Position numbers and translations under genes: made by a program. 64,000 nt of DNA from Octopus sinensis (Eukaryota): contig NC_043000.1 of assembly GCF_006345805.1 (NCBI RefSeq), positions 105,896,001-105,960,000 of the forward strand, read 5' to 3'. Shown here in pieces: positions 24,101-38,000 of this stretch (position 1 is its first letter; each line of letters begins with the position of its first letter). A model generated the notes under the pieces. The model was not told the origin of the DNA. It worked only from the letters and a program-made list of their open reading frames with translations, and searched no databases.

Positions 24101-26455
24101 CATAATCTGTTTTATCACTTGACTAAGTCTTAACTAGTTTTCTAGGTGTAATCTTTCATGATATATAATATATAATATATATATTATAGTGGTTAGGGTG
24201 TTGAACTCATGATCATAAGGTTGTGGTTTCGATTCCTGGACCAGGCGATGTGTTGTGTCCTTGAGCAAAACACTTCATTTCACGTTGCTCCAGTCCACTC
24301 AGCTGGCAAAAATGAGTAATCCTGCGACGGACCAACATCCCGTCCAGGTGGGGAATTTCTACGCCACTGAAACCGGCCCTTATGAGCCTAGCATGGCTTG
24401 AAAAGGAACATTTATTATATATATATATATATATATACCATTATTATCATCATTATCATTTTAAAAAGATTTGTTGAAAATTTCCTATAGATAGATGTGC
24501 TTGCTGTCACCAACCCTAAACTATTTCCAACCAAGGTAGTATTTATCCATGACTAGACAGTTTGGTAATGAAGGATACCACTTGCATGATGGTGACACTC
24601 ATTTACAACTATCACATGATGTCAAGGCAAGGAGACAGTAACACACATATATACACAACAGGCTTCTTTCAGTTTCCATTTACCATATCCAATTACAAAG
24701 TCCAGGGATATAATAGAAGACACCTGCCCAAGATGCAACACATTGGGACTGAACCCAGAATCATGTGGTTGGGAAGCAAACTTCTTACCACATAGTCACA
24801 CTGCTCCTATATATATCTATAACTGAGAATGTGTGTCTGCTTGTCTGTGTGTGAATCCTTAAAATTCAAAAAGTACCCAACTGATTTCATTCAAATTTTG
24901 CACATGAGGCAAAAAAATTTTCAACTTCTTGCCTAATTTGAGCTCAGGGGCAGATAAACCGCATTTTTAAAGCATTTTGGCAGCATTAAGGATCGTAACT
25001 TGAGTATCCAGCTGCTTTCCTCCAAATTTGCAACAAACATTAATCAGACTCATCTAATTGTTGTTGACTAAAAAAATTTCTGACACTATGGCCCCCCCAC
25101 CCACCAAAATTGCAGATTAATTAGATTTGAGTATGCTGCACTGGCTTTTATCTGTTTTAGGCCATTTTCTGACAATAAAATATTGACACTACTTATGCAT
25201 TATAAGTAGCGTATAATATTTTACGAAAACCTTTTTATCCAATTTGGCAGAGGAAATGAGAAGAACATTAAACTCATTCATCTATTCTCCAGAAGTGCCC
25301 TGTTGTCTCACGTTTCCAGTCCCATGCAACCCAGCATGTCTGAACTATATAATGCAAAATGTTCATACAAAAAAAAAAGCAAAAAAAACTGCTAACTGTT
25401 GTAACTCAGCCATTCGAGTTTGACTGAGTGACCACTTCTGGAAGCTACACTTACCACCTCCCCCCATGTTCCTCCCTTATTTAGTTAGACGAGTAAATAC
25501 AGGGTGTCCCAGAAGTAATTATGATTTTAGTGAAATTGGATGCATTTTTTTTAAAACTCACTTTTATCCATGTTTAATATGTGTTAAAAGTGTATAAATT
25601 TTGAATTTTGTCTTATTTTCATTCTTGTTGGATCTCTCTTATTTGTCCACAACAGCTTTTTTTTCAATTTGGTAGCAATCACTTTTTTTACCTCCATCCC
25701 CAAGATGGAGCAATTGTTTAGCTGAGCTTAAAGAACACATTCAGTTAGCAGTGCAGGAGCTAACTCCTGAAATGCTTCAAAATGCATTTCACATTAAGGG
25801 ATACAGATATGTTGAAAATTTTCAATAAAAGTTTGACGTAAAATTTATAAATCTATTTGTTTTGGTATTATAATTAAGTAATAAACATAAAATTCTGTCA
25901 GTTTTTTAAAAATTTGCTCAATTTCATTGAAACAGTTAATTCTGGAACACTCTATATGGTGTAGCATTGTTAGTTGTTGAGTTGGTCAAGTAAATATTAA
26001 AATCAAAGGTCTTCTCGCTGTAAACATCTCATCTTTTTGTTAAGCATATTGTATCAAGGAGTATATTATCCAAAAGGTATCACTCCTTTATAGGTGTGGC
26101 TGTGTGGTTAAGAAGCTTGCTTTTCAACCATGTTGCCTTGGGTTCAGTACCACTGTGTGACACGGAAATTCTCTTTCATTACAGCTCCGTGTTGACCAAA
26201 GCATTGTGTATATAATTACCATTACTGTATTGCTATATAAAATAACACATACAACTCACTTATGATTCTCATATAATAAACAGAGGTTTGTGTATGAAAT
26301 TGATCTTTCTTCTACTTCAATTATTACATGTTTTTCTCTTATAAAATACACACACATACAGGAGGAGTAAATTTCTCTATATAATAACACATTGAATGTG
26401 GCTCCCAAGAAAGAGTAAAAGTAATTACCTGATCAATGATGGATATTACTGCTAG

Positions 26456-26516
<61 letters not shown>

Positions 26517-29500
26517 AAATATACATGTATAACCTAACAAATACGGTTGCTATGTCAGTGTTATTCAATCTGCAGCTGAATAATTGCAAATCAGCTTGAA
26601 ACCATTAGTATCCCACTAATACCAGGCATTCTATTTACAGAAATTATTCACCTACCAATGTGGTATTGATTGTCCACTCTGTAACATATGTGTAAGCGTG
26701 GGGGAGAGAGAATGTAATATATATATATATAATTCTGTCTGTCTGTTGCCTATGCATTCTCAAATAGCTCCATCAAATCAAATGAAAGTTTACAAGTTAA
26801 TAGTATTACACCCTGTGAGTGTCAACATGTAATTGTTTTATTTTCATTTCAATTAAAACAATATATTTCCTCATAAATAATCTTTCTATAGTCAACTATA
26901 GTAAAGGACATTTTATACCATGATGACGACATCACATTTTGTATATGTGTGTTTATGTGTCAGTGAGTGAGTGTTTGTACATTCATTACATATGACATAG
27001 TATGTTTGCATGTTCGTCACGTACGACATAGTAAAGGACATTTTATACCACAACAACACATTTTGTATGAGTGTGTATGTGCCTGTGAGCATGTGTCTGC
27101 ACGTCCGCTACGTACGGTATAGTAAAGGGCATTTTATACCACGTTGGCACATTTTGTATATGAATGTGTAGGTGTCTGTGAGTGTGTGTGTGTGTGTGTT
27201 TGTGCATTTGTTATGTACAACATAGTAAAGAAGATTTTATACCACCACCACAATGATGACACATTTTGCATATGAGTGTGTTTATGTGTTTGTTACGTAC
27301 CACATAAGAACATTTTATACCATGATGACGACACATTTTATATATGAGTATGTGTGTTTGCGCATTCGTTACGTAAATATGTCTGTTGTAGTATATGTGA
27401 GAGTGTATCTGTGATTGTCAATTACACTGATGTAAACTGGCTCCAACTAATGAAATAATTGATAAACTCAATCGTGAACTTCAAAAGTTAACAGATACAT
27501 CAGAAATAACTTTTCCATCAATTCCACAACAGTTGATCAAGATCAAGCAGTTCAATATCCTGCTGAATTTCTGAACACACTTAAACCCACTGGGATGTCA
27601 CCGCATAACTAGACACTAAAGCTGGATGCTCCCATTATGCTGCTTAAGACCTCGCCTGTGTAATGGAATTCGCTTAACTGTTACTTCCATGAAGCCCCAT
27701 GTCCTACAGGCAACAATCATAACAGGTAGTCACAAAGGAGAAAATGTCTTTATTCAAACTTTCCTTTCATACCTGCAGATGTTCTATTTGAATTTAACAG
27801 GCTTCAATTTCTAGTCAAACTAAGTTTTGGTATTTCAATTAACATATCTCAGAGTCAATCCCTCTACTATATGCTTCATCCCTCTACTATATGCTTCATT
27901 TCTCTACTATATGCTTCTCCCACAGCCAACTCTATGTTGGTTGCCCATGAGTTGGAAGTAGCACCAATTTATTCATTTGGGCACCAACAAAAAATTACAC
28001 AATGAATATTGTTTACCCTGAGGTGCTTCAAGATTGATAGATCAGTTCTAAATTCTATTATCATTACAATTTGGATATTTTTAATAAAATATAGATATTT
28101 TGAAATAATTATGAGAAGAAAAAAAAACTTCATATTTATTGTTTACTAATCTGAATAAGAACAGTAGTAACCTGAGTAACACTGGATAATTCAGCTAGTG
28201 TAAATATATATATAAGACTACATTAAAGAAAATCTGCCTCAATGCAATCTTGTCTGACCCATGTAAGTATGGAAAAGTGGATGTTATGAAAATGATAATC
28301 ATAATGATATACATCTGACTTGGAAGAGTGTATGAAATTGAAACAACAATAATGATCTTAATTTACCTCATAGAGTGAGACCAAAACGTTAAGTATCTCT
28401 GGTAAGTTCTGCTGTACAATACCAAGTGTATCTTCAGCGTAGGAAGCCGCTACCAATCGGGATAAAGCTACAGTAAGACAATACAAGATATAGAATACAG
28501 TCTGAATACATGTTAACATTGCTACATGTGAAAAAAGATCTTACTGTGTAGTGGTTATGGTTGTAATGATTAGACTATTGTGGCCTGTTGTTACAGTGAC
28601 CAGGGTGTGTAGTGGTTATAGCTATAATAATTGGCATTCATTAAAACTGTATAATGGATATTGTTAGTGCCTACACAAAACAGTGGCTGTGGTTGATATA
28701 GCTAGACTGCTGATGTTAGATGTCAGTAAAATTAACCTATATAGCAGTGGACAATGATACAGTAACTTCATAGTGGTTGTATATAATTTAGCTACACTCT
28801 GTACTGGTTGGGGTTAATATATCCAATTTTTATGGTGAGTGAGGTTAATACAGCTAACCTCTAATGTGTATAAATCCAATTAAGAGGTTAACAAAACCTT
28901 TTTTAATTTCAAATTTGTCACTTGTTCAAATATGCTTGAGGCATATTTGAAATGGTAACAAAGCCATTCACTGTATTTTGTCATGGAGAAAATTTGTTGC
29001 TGTAGACAGAAAGCATGTAAACCCACCAAGTTAGTTCATAGTGCAGGATTCTGTATTTTTTAATACAGAATGCCTGTAAATCCTATGGTTGTTATTGATT
29101 CCTACTGTAGCACTGATTTTTTTGCAAGTTAGTGAAGGAAGGGTAAAACAATAAGCTTTATAGGTTACCCTCTAGAGGGATACCAGAATAGTGAGAAAGA
29201 TTCAGAAAACGTTTCTGTGCAAGACTTGAGAGATGCAACACAGTGAAAATGATTGCTAGATCAAGTGAGCTATGAAGTGAATTTGCTACTAGCTAATTCA
29301 GAAGACCAGAGGCTGTTATACTAGCACAAGAAGCAAAGAGAGGAAAACTTACAAGTTAGTTATTGTACAATGTTGGTGAGTGAATGAATTGTTGACAATC
29401 AGTCCAATAGCTTTATTTAGATTGTGTAAAAATCTGTATAGCAGCAACCATAATACTGTTTCATAGATGTAAGCAGTACTCAAGCAATAATCCAACATGG

Positions 29501-32500
29501 GTCTTATTGTGAGCCACTTTTGATTAAGCTAAGATTATTACTAATAAATGTGATAGTGGTTGAGGTAAATATTAATACAAACAAGAGGAACAAAAGAGCT
29601 CTTACCTTCTACTGCCCAGATATGGATTTGAACTGAGGAGAATAATTTCCGAGGTGCAGCATCTGGTAGTTCTCGTAGAAAATAACCGAACACTGGCTTC
29701 TTTTTCAACACCTCTAAAATCTAAACAACAAGATGGTTTACATATGCATGATATTACAGATCCTTTTTACTTTTATTTTATAAATATTTGTAAGGCATGA
29801 CCACTAAAACAATCATCCAATATATTCTTCTAATATATCAGTAAAATAATCTACAATTTTAGAGTTGTATTTGCTTGGTTAGTGATTTCAACTGAGTTTA
29901 AACCGAAACAATGGTATCATTTAAAAGGCACATATACTGTTTATTTTTGCTCTATTTCATGATAATAGGCACAAGCATAGACAATGTGGTTATGAAATTT
30001 GCTTCACAAACACATGGTTTTGGGTTTGGTCCTATTGTGTGGCACATTGGGCAGGTGTTTTCTACTATAACCATGGGTTAACTAATGCATATGCATGGAA
30101 TTTAGTATATAGAAGCTGAGTGGAACTCAGTTGCATATGTGTGTGTGTGTGTGAGTGAGAGAGGAGGTGCTGAGAGGTTCCTGGCTTTCAGTGTATTGCA
30201 AAAGGCCTGGTTTGAGGCTCAACCTTCCGAGTTCTTTTACAGGGCTGAGAAAAACTGAAGGTTTGCAGCAATAAGTGTGTGAATCTGAGAGGGGAATATG
30301 TTGCATAAAATCATAATTAGCTGATCGTCTTGCATATTTTTAACCCAAAGTCAGGAACTTTTCAGCATGCCCTTGTGTGTGTGTAGGTTTATAGTTGCCA
30401 GTGTTGAGTCACAATCCTTTATGTCAAAGTGTAAAAGTGATATGATAAATAGAGATTGATGAAATAAATACTAGAATTGATACAATCAACTAAAACTTCT
30501 GATGGCAGTACAATGACCAAAGAAACCAGTAAAAGAATAGATATTATTAATGAAAATTCTCTACTATACATTTACCTCAGTTTTTTTTCTCTCTGAAGAT
30601 GGAATAGCCCATTACTCTATGGAAAGCCTATCTTTACTGAGAAATACACTTATGTGCATCTATTCTGTTAACAGCTGTAACAGACTATCTGCACACTTTA
30701 GTCTCTTATTTCTATGAAACACTCTAGTCTAACAACTCTGTAATTGTGTTTAAATATGTAGAATCTTTGCTTTAAACTGATACCAACTGTTTGCCTGTTC
30801 ATTCTTTCTTTCTACTACTACTACTACACACACATACATAAGAAGAATGAACCAATGAAGAAATTTCTATGTGGTTGCTCAATCTGTCAGAAACAGCAGT
30901 CTAACCTCACTCAACTTACACTCAATTGTCTTAAAGAAATGAGAGATCCACTGCCTTTTTCTATTTGCTTTTTCCATGCTGGCATGGTTCAGATACAACT
31001 TCTTGAGTCAGTATTTTACAAATGAAGACCATGCCTGATGCTAGACTTGTTTATGTCAAACGTAAACATCACTGCTACTGGTGTCAAGCAAGCAAGCACA
31101 CACACACACACACGATGGGCTTTCACGGTTTCTGTGTAGAGAATTTTACTCACAAGGCAATGATCAATTTGACACTTTAACAAAAAGCATTTGCCCAATG
31201 TCCCACATAGTGGAATCAAACTCAAAACCATGTGGTTGAGAAGTGAACTTCTTAACCATTGAACCATGCTTGTTGCTAAAAGGAAAATAAGAAAAAATGG
31301 TCATGGTTGGAATGCCTTTTATTATAACTTTGCACTCAATGATAGCCTACTTGGGGTTAAAAAACAAAAATGAATACAATGGTATATTTGAGTTTTAAAT
31401 GGCTGTCATTACTAACACAGTGAAATCTTATATATATATATATATATATATATATTCTTTAGTTCACATATCATGTCCTGAAATAAATTAATGAAGTTAT
31501 TTCTTGTATTAAAACAAGTTCTTTTTTTTCTTCTCATTAATAGGTAAAAATAACAACCTCTCAAAATGAATTCCATTTTTAAAAAATAAACCCTTCAAAT
31601 AAATTCCACAGTATATATATTTATATTTTTTTTCAGTACATTTACTAACTTCCCCATCATATTCTTTATAACATTCATGCCTTCATGCATTTTCCAATAG
31701 TCATTGGTTTGCCAAGAGCTTATTGCAATGTAGCACCTGTTTCAGTAATAATAGTCACTTTTCCATAAGCAAGAAATTTTGGGTTATTATACTAATTGCA
31801 CAATATTATACCTTAGTTTGTAAGCTGACTTTTATAGGTCTTTCTTCACGGAGAGATGTACCAGTTACTGAAGATAGAAAAAAAGATATATTATATATAT
31901 AGATATATAAAAAAGATTAATATAACGTCCACTCTCCATACTGGTATGGGTTAGACAGTTTAACTGGAGCTGATAAGCCGGAGAGCTGCACCAGGTTCCA
32001 GTCCAATTTGGCATGGTTTCTACAACTGGATGCCCTTCCTAACACTAACTTATATTATAATACATTATATATATATATATATAGACACACATACAAAGAA
32101 TTGCATCATGGAAGAACCATTAGCTATTAATAGCAAATATAAAAGTTGTCCCACATTTGAGTTATAATTATTGTCAGATTATAAGAAAACAGCAAGAGTC
32201 AGAACAATGAGCATGTCCATTCTTAACATGTTCCAGCAGACTGGAATGTGAACATGGTTTCTTGCTCTTGTTTGTCTCTGAGAATGACTTGTTCCTATAG
32301 ATGATGTGAATAAACATCACACTTGCACCAAGTGATGTCAGTGGCCTTTCAGACACTAGTGTTTTGGTATAGTTGCACCTCTTCAGTGACAAACAACACA
32401 TAGTCCTTTGGAGCAAAGTTGTAACAAATGTTCTTATCAATAGAAATCAACAACCATGCCAAAACACTGGTGTCTGATAGTCCACTGTCATTTCAATGAG

Positions 32501-34996
32501 TAAGTGGGTTGTTTATACACATCGTCAATGGGGAGAAGTTATTCAAGATTAACTCCATAGTGGAAGCCATGTTCATATTCAATTCTACTAGAACACATTA
32601 AGAATGGATGTGCACATAGTTATTTTGTCAGAAAATAAAAACATCTTTATTATTTTGTATCAGTGTTTCATTGTACGTCTATCAACTAGTCAATGATATT
32701 TTACATCTTTTAGCTCAGTCTTCATTAAGCACCACTTATAAATTGTTGAGGATGTTTTGGAATTTTCTTTATTTCTCTCTTCTTTATATATATGTATATA
32801 TCCCCGTCTCTACTGCTTTCATTTTAAACCAATGAGGAAGTCTTTAAAGATCACTTTATTTACTAGCACCTTTCACTGCTTAAAAATCTACATATACTAA
32901 GAGCTTAATTAAATCAGATCAATTAGCATACATAATACACTCTTGATAGCTAATTCAGTCGAATTACTGGCATGTTAATTATGTTATATTTCAAAGCTCT
33001 ACTGTAAATATCGAACTTTACATACATCTCTGTGGACTCGAACTCTTAGTAATAACAGGTTTACATAAATAGTGTCTCTAAGGATAATTAAAGAGGGATC
33101 TTGGTTGTTGATAAAATCCCAACAGCAAGTTGAAAATTAGTCTGGCTGATGCCTCTTTTTTTGTTCATGAAGATGTAGTACATAAAGACAAGGTGTTTTA
33201 CATAATTTCATACAGTGTTGGCTAAAATCTATAGATATATTCTGTAATACTTTATGGCAATGAAACACTGAAATACTAGTCAACAACAATCACCCTTTAT
33301 CCATTTTTAAAGCTTTCTTTTCTTTGCCAGGTATTGTTAGGTGGTAGTCAAATTATAGAATTACTTATCTTTACACCATACTTCCATTCTTACACATTTT
33401 AAAGTTTATTCCTTCAGCAATGTCTATTGGTGGACCTAACTGTTTGGAAATGCCCAAATTTGCAAAATCTACCACCATGTTGGCACTCACCCACAATCCA
33501 ATGGGTATAAAACATAAAAGAGAACAAAGAAGAAAAAACAGAATAAATTAAATAGAATGTTTAATTCCAATACCTGATTCATTAAGACTCATGTGGCCCA
33601 AAGATGTTGGCTTGAGGTAGCCTGGAAAAACAGAAAATTGAGTTATTAATAAACAGTTATAATGACAATAAGTATAGTTGTTAAAAGATCAGCAGAATAA
33701 ATACAAGAGTTGAATCTATTTGTAACAGTACTTCTTAAAAAAGGGCAAGAAAAATAATTCCTACAATTTGCTTCATTTAATCTAATTGAAAATAGAACCA
33801 CATGTAATTGTGTAACTAACAATCTGAACTAAATAAGTATGGCTGAAGATCTTAGATTAAGTTGGTGTTACCTAGGTGATGCATACCATTTGTGTATATG
33901 TGCAAGAAATGTGATTCTGTGTGGTAGTAAGGTGAGGAGCATCTGTAACAGTTAAAAATTCAAGACTAGCAAGTTAAGTATGATCTCTTGAACTTGGATT
34001 TGAAGGATAGTTAAAGTATTAAAAAGTCTAAAATTTTTTTCTTGGTTCTTGATATCAACATCATCAGCCAGTGTATTCAGGAGAGATAACTGAAAAGAAA
34101 GAGGTGGCTAAAATATAGAATATAAAGTAAGTTATATACTCACGACTTGCAGATAGGCTTGAGTTGTGCAACCAATTAGGTGTGTTTTGCTGTGGAATGG
34201 CTGCCTGCACAAATGCATTGTGGTTAAATTCTTGGGTAGCATCCTTGAGTTGACGTAGGTTCTCTAAACATATATGATAGATTTGGCTCCAGTTTTTAGG
34301 GTGGCACCCTAGAAATATGAACTTGAGAGTATGTAATAGGAATATCACTTTCAGCTAGGTGGAAAGGTAATTTTTCATAGAGAAGAGTATTAAACAGCTA
34401 CAGACTATAAAACAACATAGCATGGGTTAGATATTTTGATAGAATTTAATGGGCTGGAGAACAATGTCTTGTTCCAAAGTCTCAGTTTCAGCATGCCTAC
34501 TAAAGCTGGATGCTTTTCCTACAGCCAACCTATTCACAGAGTGTACAGGGTGTGTTTCTTTTGTGGCACCAACACTAGTAAGATCATCTTGTAAAGTATA
34601 AAATTAAAGTGTACTCCTAGCTAAGAGGGAGAATAGGGGATAGGGTGGATGCTTTATGCAAGGTATTGAGAGTATAATTGGAGGAGCAGGATCAGGTTTA
34701 TTGTTGTGGAGATTCCTGGCTACCTCATATTTTACTTCGGTGGATGAGAGTGACCAGACTGGTGCCAGAATGTATTTAAGGAAACACGCCTAAAAAGTTG
34801 AATAGATGAAAGTGTGGAGACAGAAGTGGCATTAGGAAGGGTATCCAGCTGTAGAAACTTTGCCAGATCAGATTGGAGCCTGGTGCAGCCTTCTGGCTTG
34901 CCAGCCCTCAGTTAAACCATCCAACCTATACCAACATAGAAAGCGGATGTTAAACGACAATGATGATGAAGATGATGTGTGTGTGTGTGTGTGAGA

Positions 34997-35044
<48 letters not shown>

Positions 35045-38000
35045 TTTCGGGTTCAATCCCACTGCGTGGCACTCTGGGTAGGTGTCTTCCACTATAGCCT
35101 CGAGCCGACCAGAGCTTTGTGATTGAATTCGGTAGGTGGAAGTTACTGCCGTGTGTGTATGTGTGCGTATAGCTGCTCAGTGCCTCTCCGAAAGAGAGAG
35201 AGGGATATAAATATATAAGAGAGAGAGAGAGAGGTTGCAGTGAATATATCATTGTCTAAATTATGCAAAAATTAAAACAAAACTAACATCTCATTTTAAC
35301 AGATATATTTACCAAAATTACATAAAAATATCTTGGAATACTAAAGAGTAAATTTATTCAATAAAATCACTATTGGCTTCAATCAAGGACTCCAGACAAC
35401 TTCAGAATCTCCTGCAACTCTTGTGAATGGTCTCCTTGTTTAAGTTGGTGAATGCTGCCATAATCCTTGCCTACAAAGAGCTTTGTTGGTCTCTTGCTCA
35501 ACTGCACCCCACATATAATTATCAAGGGGGTAGCAGCCTGGGGAGTTAGGTGGCCAGATGTTAGGGGTGGTGTGGTTGCAGAAATTGTCTGACAGCCATG
35601 ACTCGGTTCTCTTGTTTATGTGGCATGGTGCAGAGTCCTGTTACCAGACATAGGGTCTTCTAGCAGCCACCCTCTTGACCCAGAGCAGCACTACCCCCTC
35701 CAGGCACTTGATATACACCTCTGTATTGAGTCTGAGGCCAATTGGGAAGATGAATGTAGGGATAACGTTGCCATCACTAGTGATCAATCCAAACATGATG
35801 TTGACTAGATGTACAAGTTTTGGGGACATGGCAAGCCAATGGTTGTTCTGTGTGTTCACCATCTGTTCGTATTGGAGCTTTCAGTGCAAATGCCAAGCAG
35901 TACAGCAAGACGTTCCCATATTTCTGGCAGAGTGAATTGCGTCATGGTGCTGTTTTGTCATAGATGGTGCCCAACTGACCCTACTATATTATGCAGTTGA
36001 CAAAATCAAAAACAATGTGCATATGCGAAATTAAAAATATAAAATGGGGACAATTTACCCATTGCACCCTCTGTGTGTGTGTGTATGTGTGTGTGTGTGC
36101 GTATATATATAAAAATAACCATCTTAATGCCTACTTTTCCAAACTTAGAAGGGTCAGATGGCATTTGTTAAAGTAAATTTTCTATGGCTGGATGCCCTTC
36201 CTGTTACCAACCCCAACCTACTTCCAATATATAAATATTAAATATATATATATATATATATTTGAATTTAGTTAAAAATTAAAAGTTTAAAAGCTCATAC
36301 CTGGAAAAGTCGCACTGAAAAGAACCTGACGTCTATTGAAGGAGAATCTGGACAGTTGGAAGAGATCTAGAAAGCCGAGGTACTGCAGATATAACAGAAA
36401 TGACAGTTATCATAAAGTAGAATGAGCATGATTAGTTAGAAATGTCCAACAATATCTGATAGAATTAACTACATAAATGTATGTTATGTCTATTGCAGGT
36501 ATGCAAAGTTGATTATCTTGCTCATCAAGTATACATTAAAGAGTCAATAGTGAAATGTCATGAGACTTATTTTTTTTTTTAACTCAACTTTATTATTAAC
36601 CTCACATTAGAGATGAGAAAAATTTTTTTATGATATTCACAGGTAAATTACTGCCTGATCAGTTTGAGCTGTGATCATCACCAGATATCTTGGATGTATA
36701 CGGACCATTAAGTGGATATTAAGCTTACATTAGAAATAGAAGTTCCTAATTTAAATGCAGTTTCAGATTACATACACATTCAAGAAAAGACAACTGATGA
36801 CGTTTGGCAATGAAAATGATGAAAGTATTTAATCTCTAAAGATGAGATTATCAGTCTGAAAAATTATCTTAGGTTAAAGTAAGAGGACAACTGATGTGAC
36901 ATGTTATCTTCTGGGAAGGTAACAGTGACGGGGTAGGTGGCATGGACATACTTCTTGCAGAGAAATGCGTAAAGAATGTACCTTCCAGCATAGATTATTC
37001 ATTAGTGACTTTAGACACCAGGCCAGAAGGATGCCAAGAAGTAATCCCAATCTGGAAAAGAAGGATTTGGAAGCTTAAGGTCAGAAATTTAGGGACATCC
37101 TAATTGAGAAATTTGATGAAAGGGAGGAGGAGCTACAGAGACTTGTGACATAGAGGACAACTGGGAATTCCTGAGGGACAGCTTGGTGTGTGCCACAGAC
37201 CAAATCTGTGGCTAGTACAAAGTCCCATCCAAACCTAGGGTAATATGGTGGTCTGGTGGTATATTGACTAGTAAAAGAGTTTTGTACTTTATTTTCAATG
37301 AAAATGCTTGAATGAAATATAAAGAAAAAATAAAATCTTGTACTGATTACACCTGTATTTTAATTAATTCATATTAATGTACCTCATCTTGAAAAATGTC
37401 AAATTGTTGGCAGTTGACATCTGGGATAATTTTAGCAAATAATCAAACAGGTAAGATGTATTAAGAATATGAATTTTAGTGTTTATTCATAATGTTATTG
37501 ATTTTACACCTGTCAATAAAATTTACTTGCCCATAAAAGTCAAATTTAATCAGAAAGATCAATTTAAATTACATAACTATAAACCACTGGCATATAAGCA
37601 CCCATTTACAAAATTTCAAATCTGCATGTAGAAAATTAAGAAAGTTACAAGCAAACATTGTGGACACCCCACTTGAACCTGAATAAATCAAAATTAATGT
37701 GAACAGATAAGCATTACATTTGACAAATTAATCTGAACACTAAAAGGTTAATGCAAGTACTATTAAAAAGTTAACTAGAAATACATATGTAGATAGTAAA
37801 AAAAAAACTATAGTAATCAATAAATTATTTTCGACTGAGCAAACATGGGAGACAACTCCGAATGTGATTAGGTCTATTTTAACTTCAGCTGCTGTCTAAG
37901 TTGTGATGAATGAATTGCAAAGAGAAAATACAAGATTGTATATTTATTGTAGGAAAAATGAAATATTCTAGGAATTAATAACTTAGAGGTAACATTTACA

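Noticed and set aside
28468-28503. Upstream alternative acceptor for exon 15 (tgtattcag)
   Set aside because: It would add 34 nt and shift the frame.
29711-29715. Alternative acceptors inside exon 14 (tttag|ag|gtg)
   Set aside because: The acceptor giving exon start 29720 yields ILEVLKKKP in frame. The 29713 start shifts frame, and the 29711 start just removes three codons with no supporting evidence.
32170-32560. 88-aa minus-strand ORF in intron 12
   Set aside because: No recognisable motif or matching splice pair; probably an old repeat fragment.
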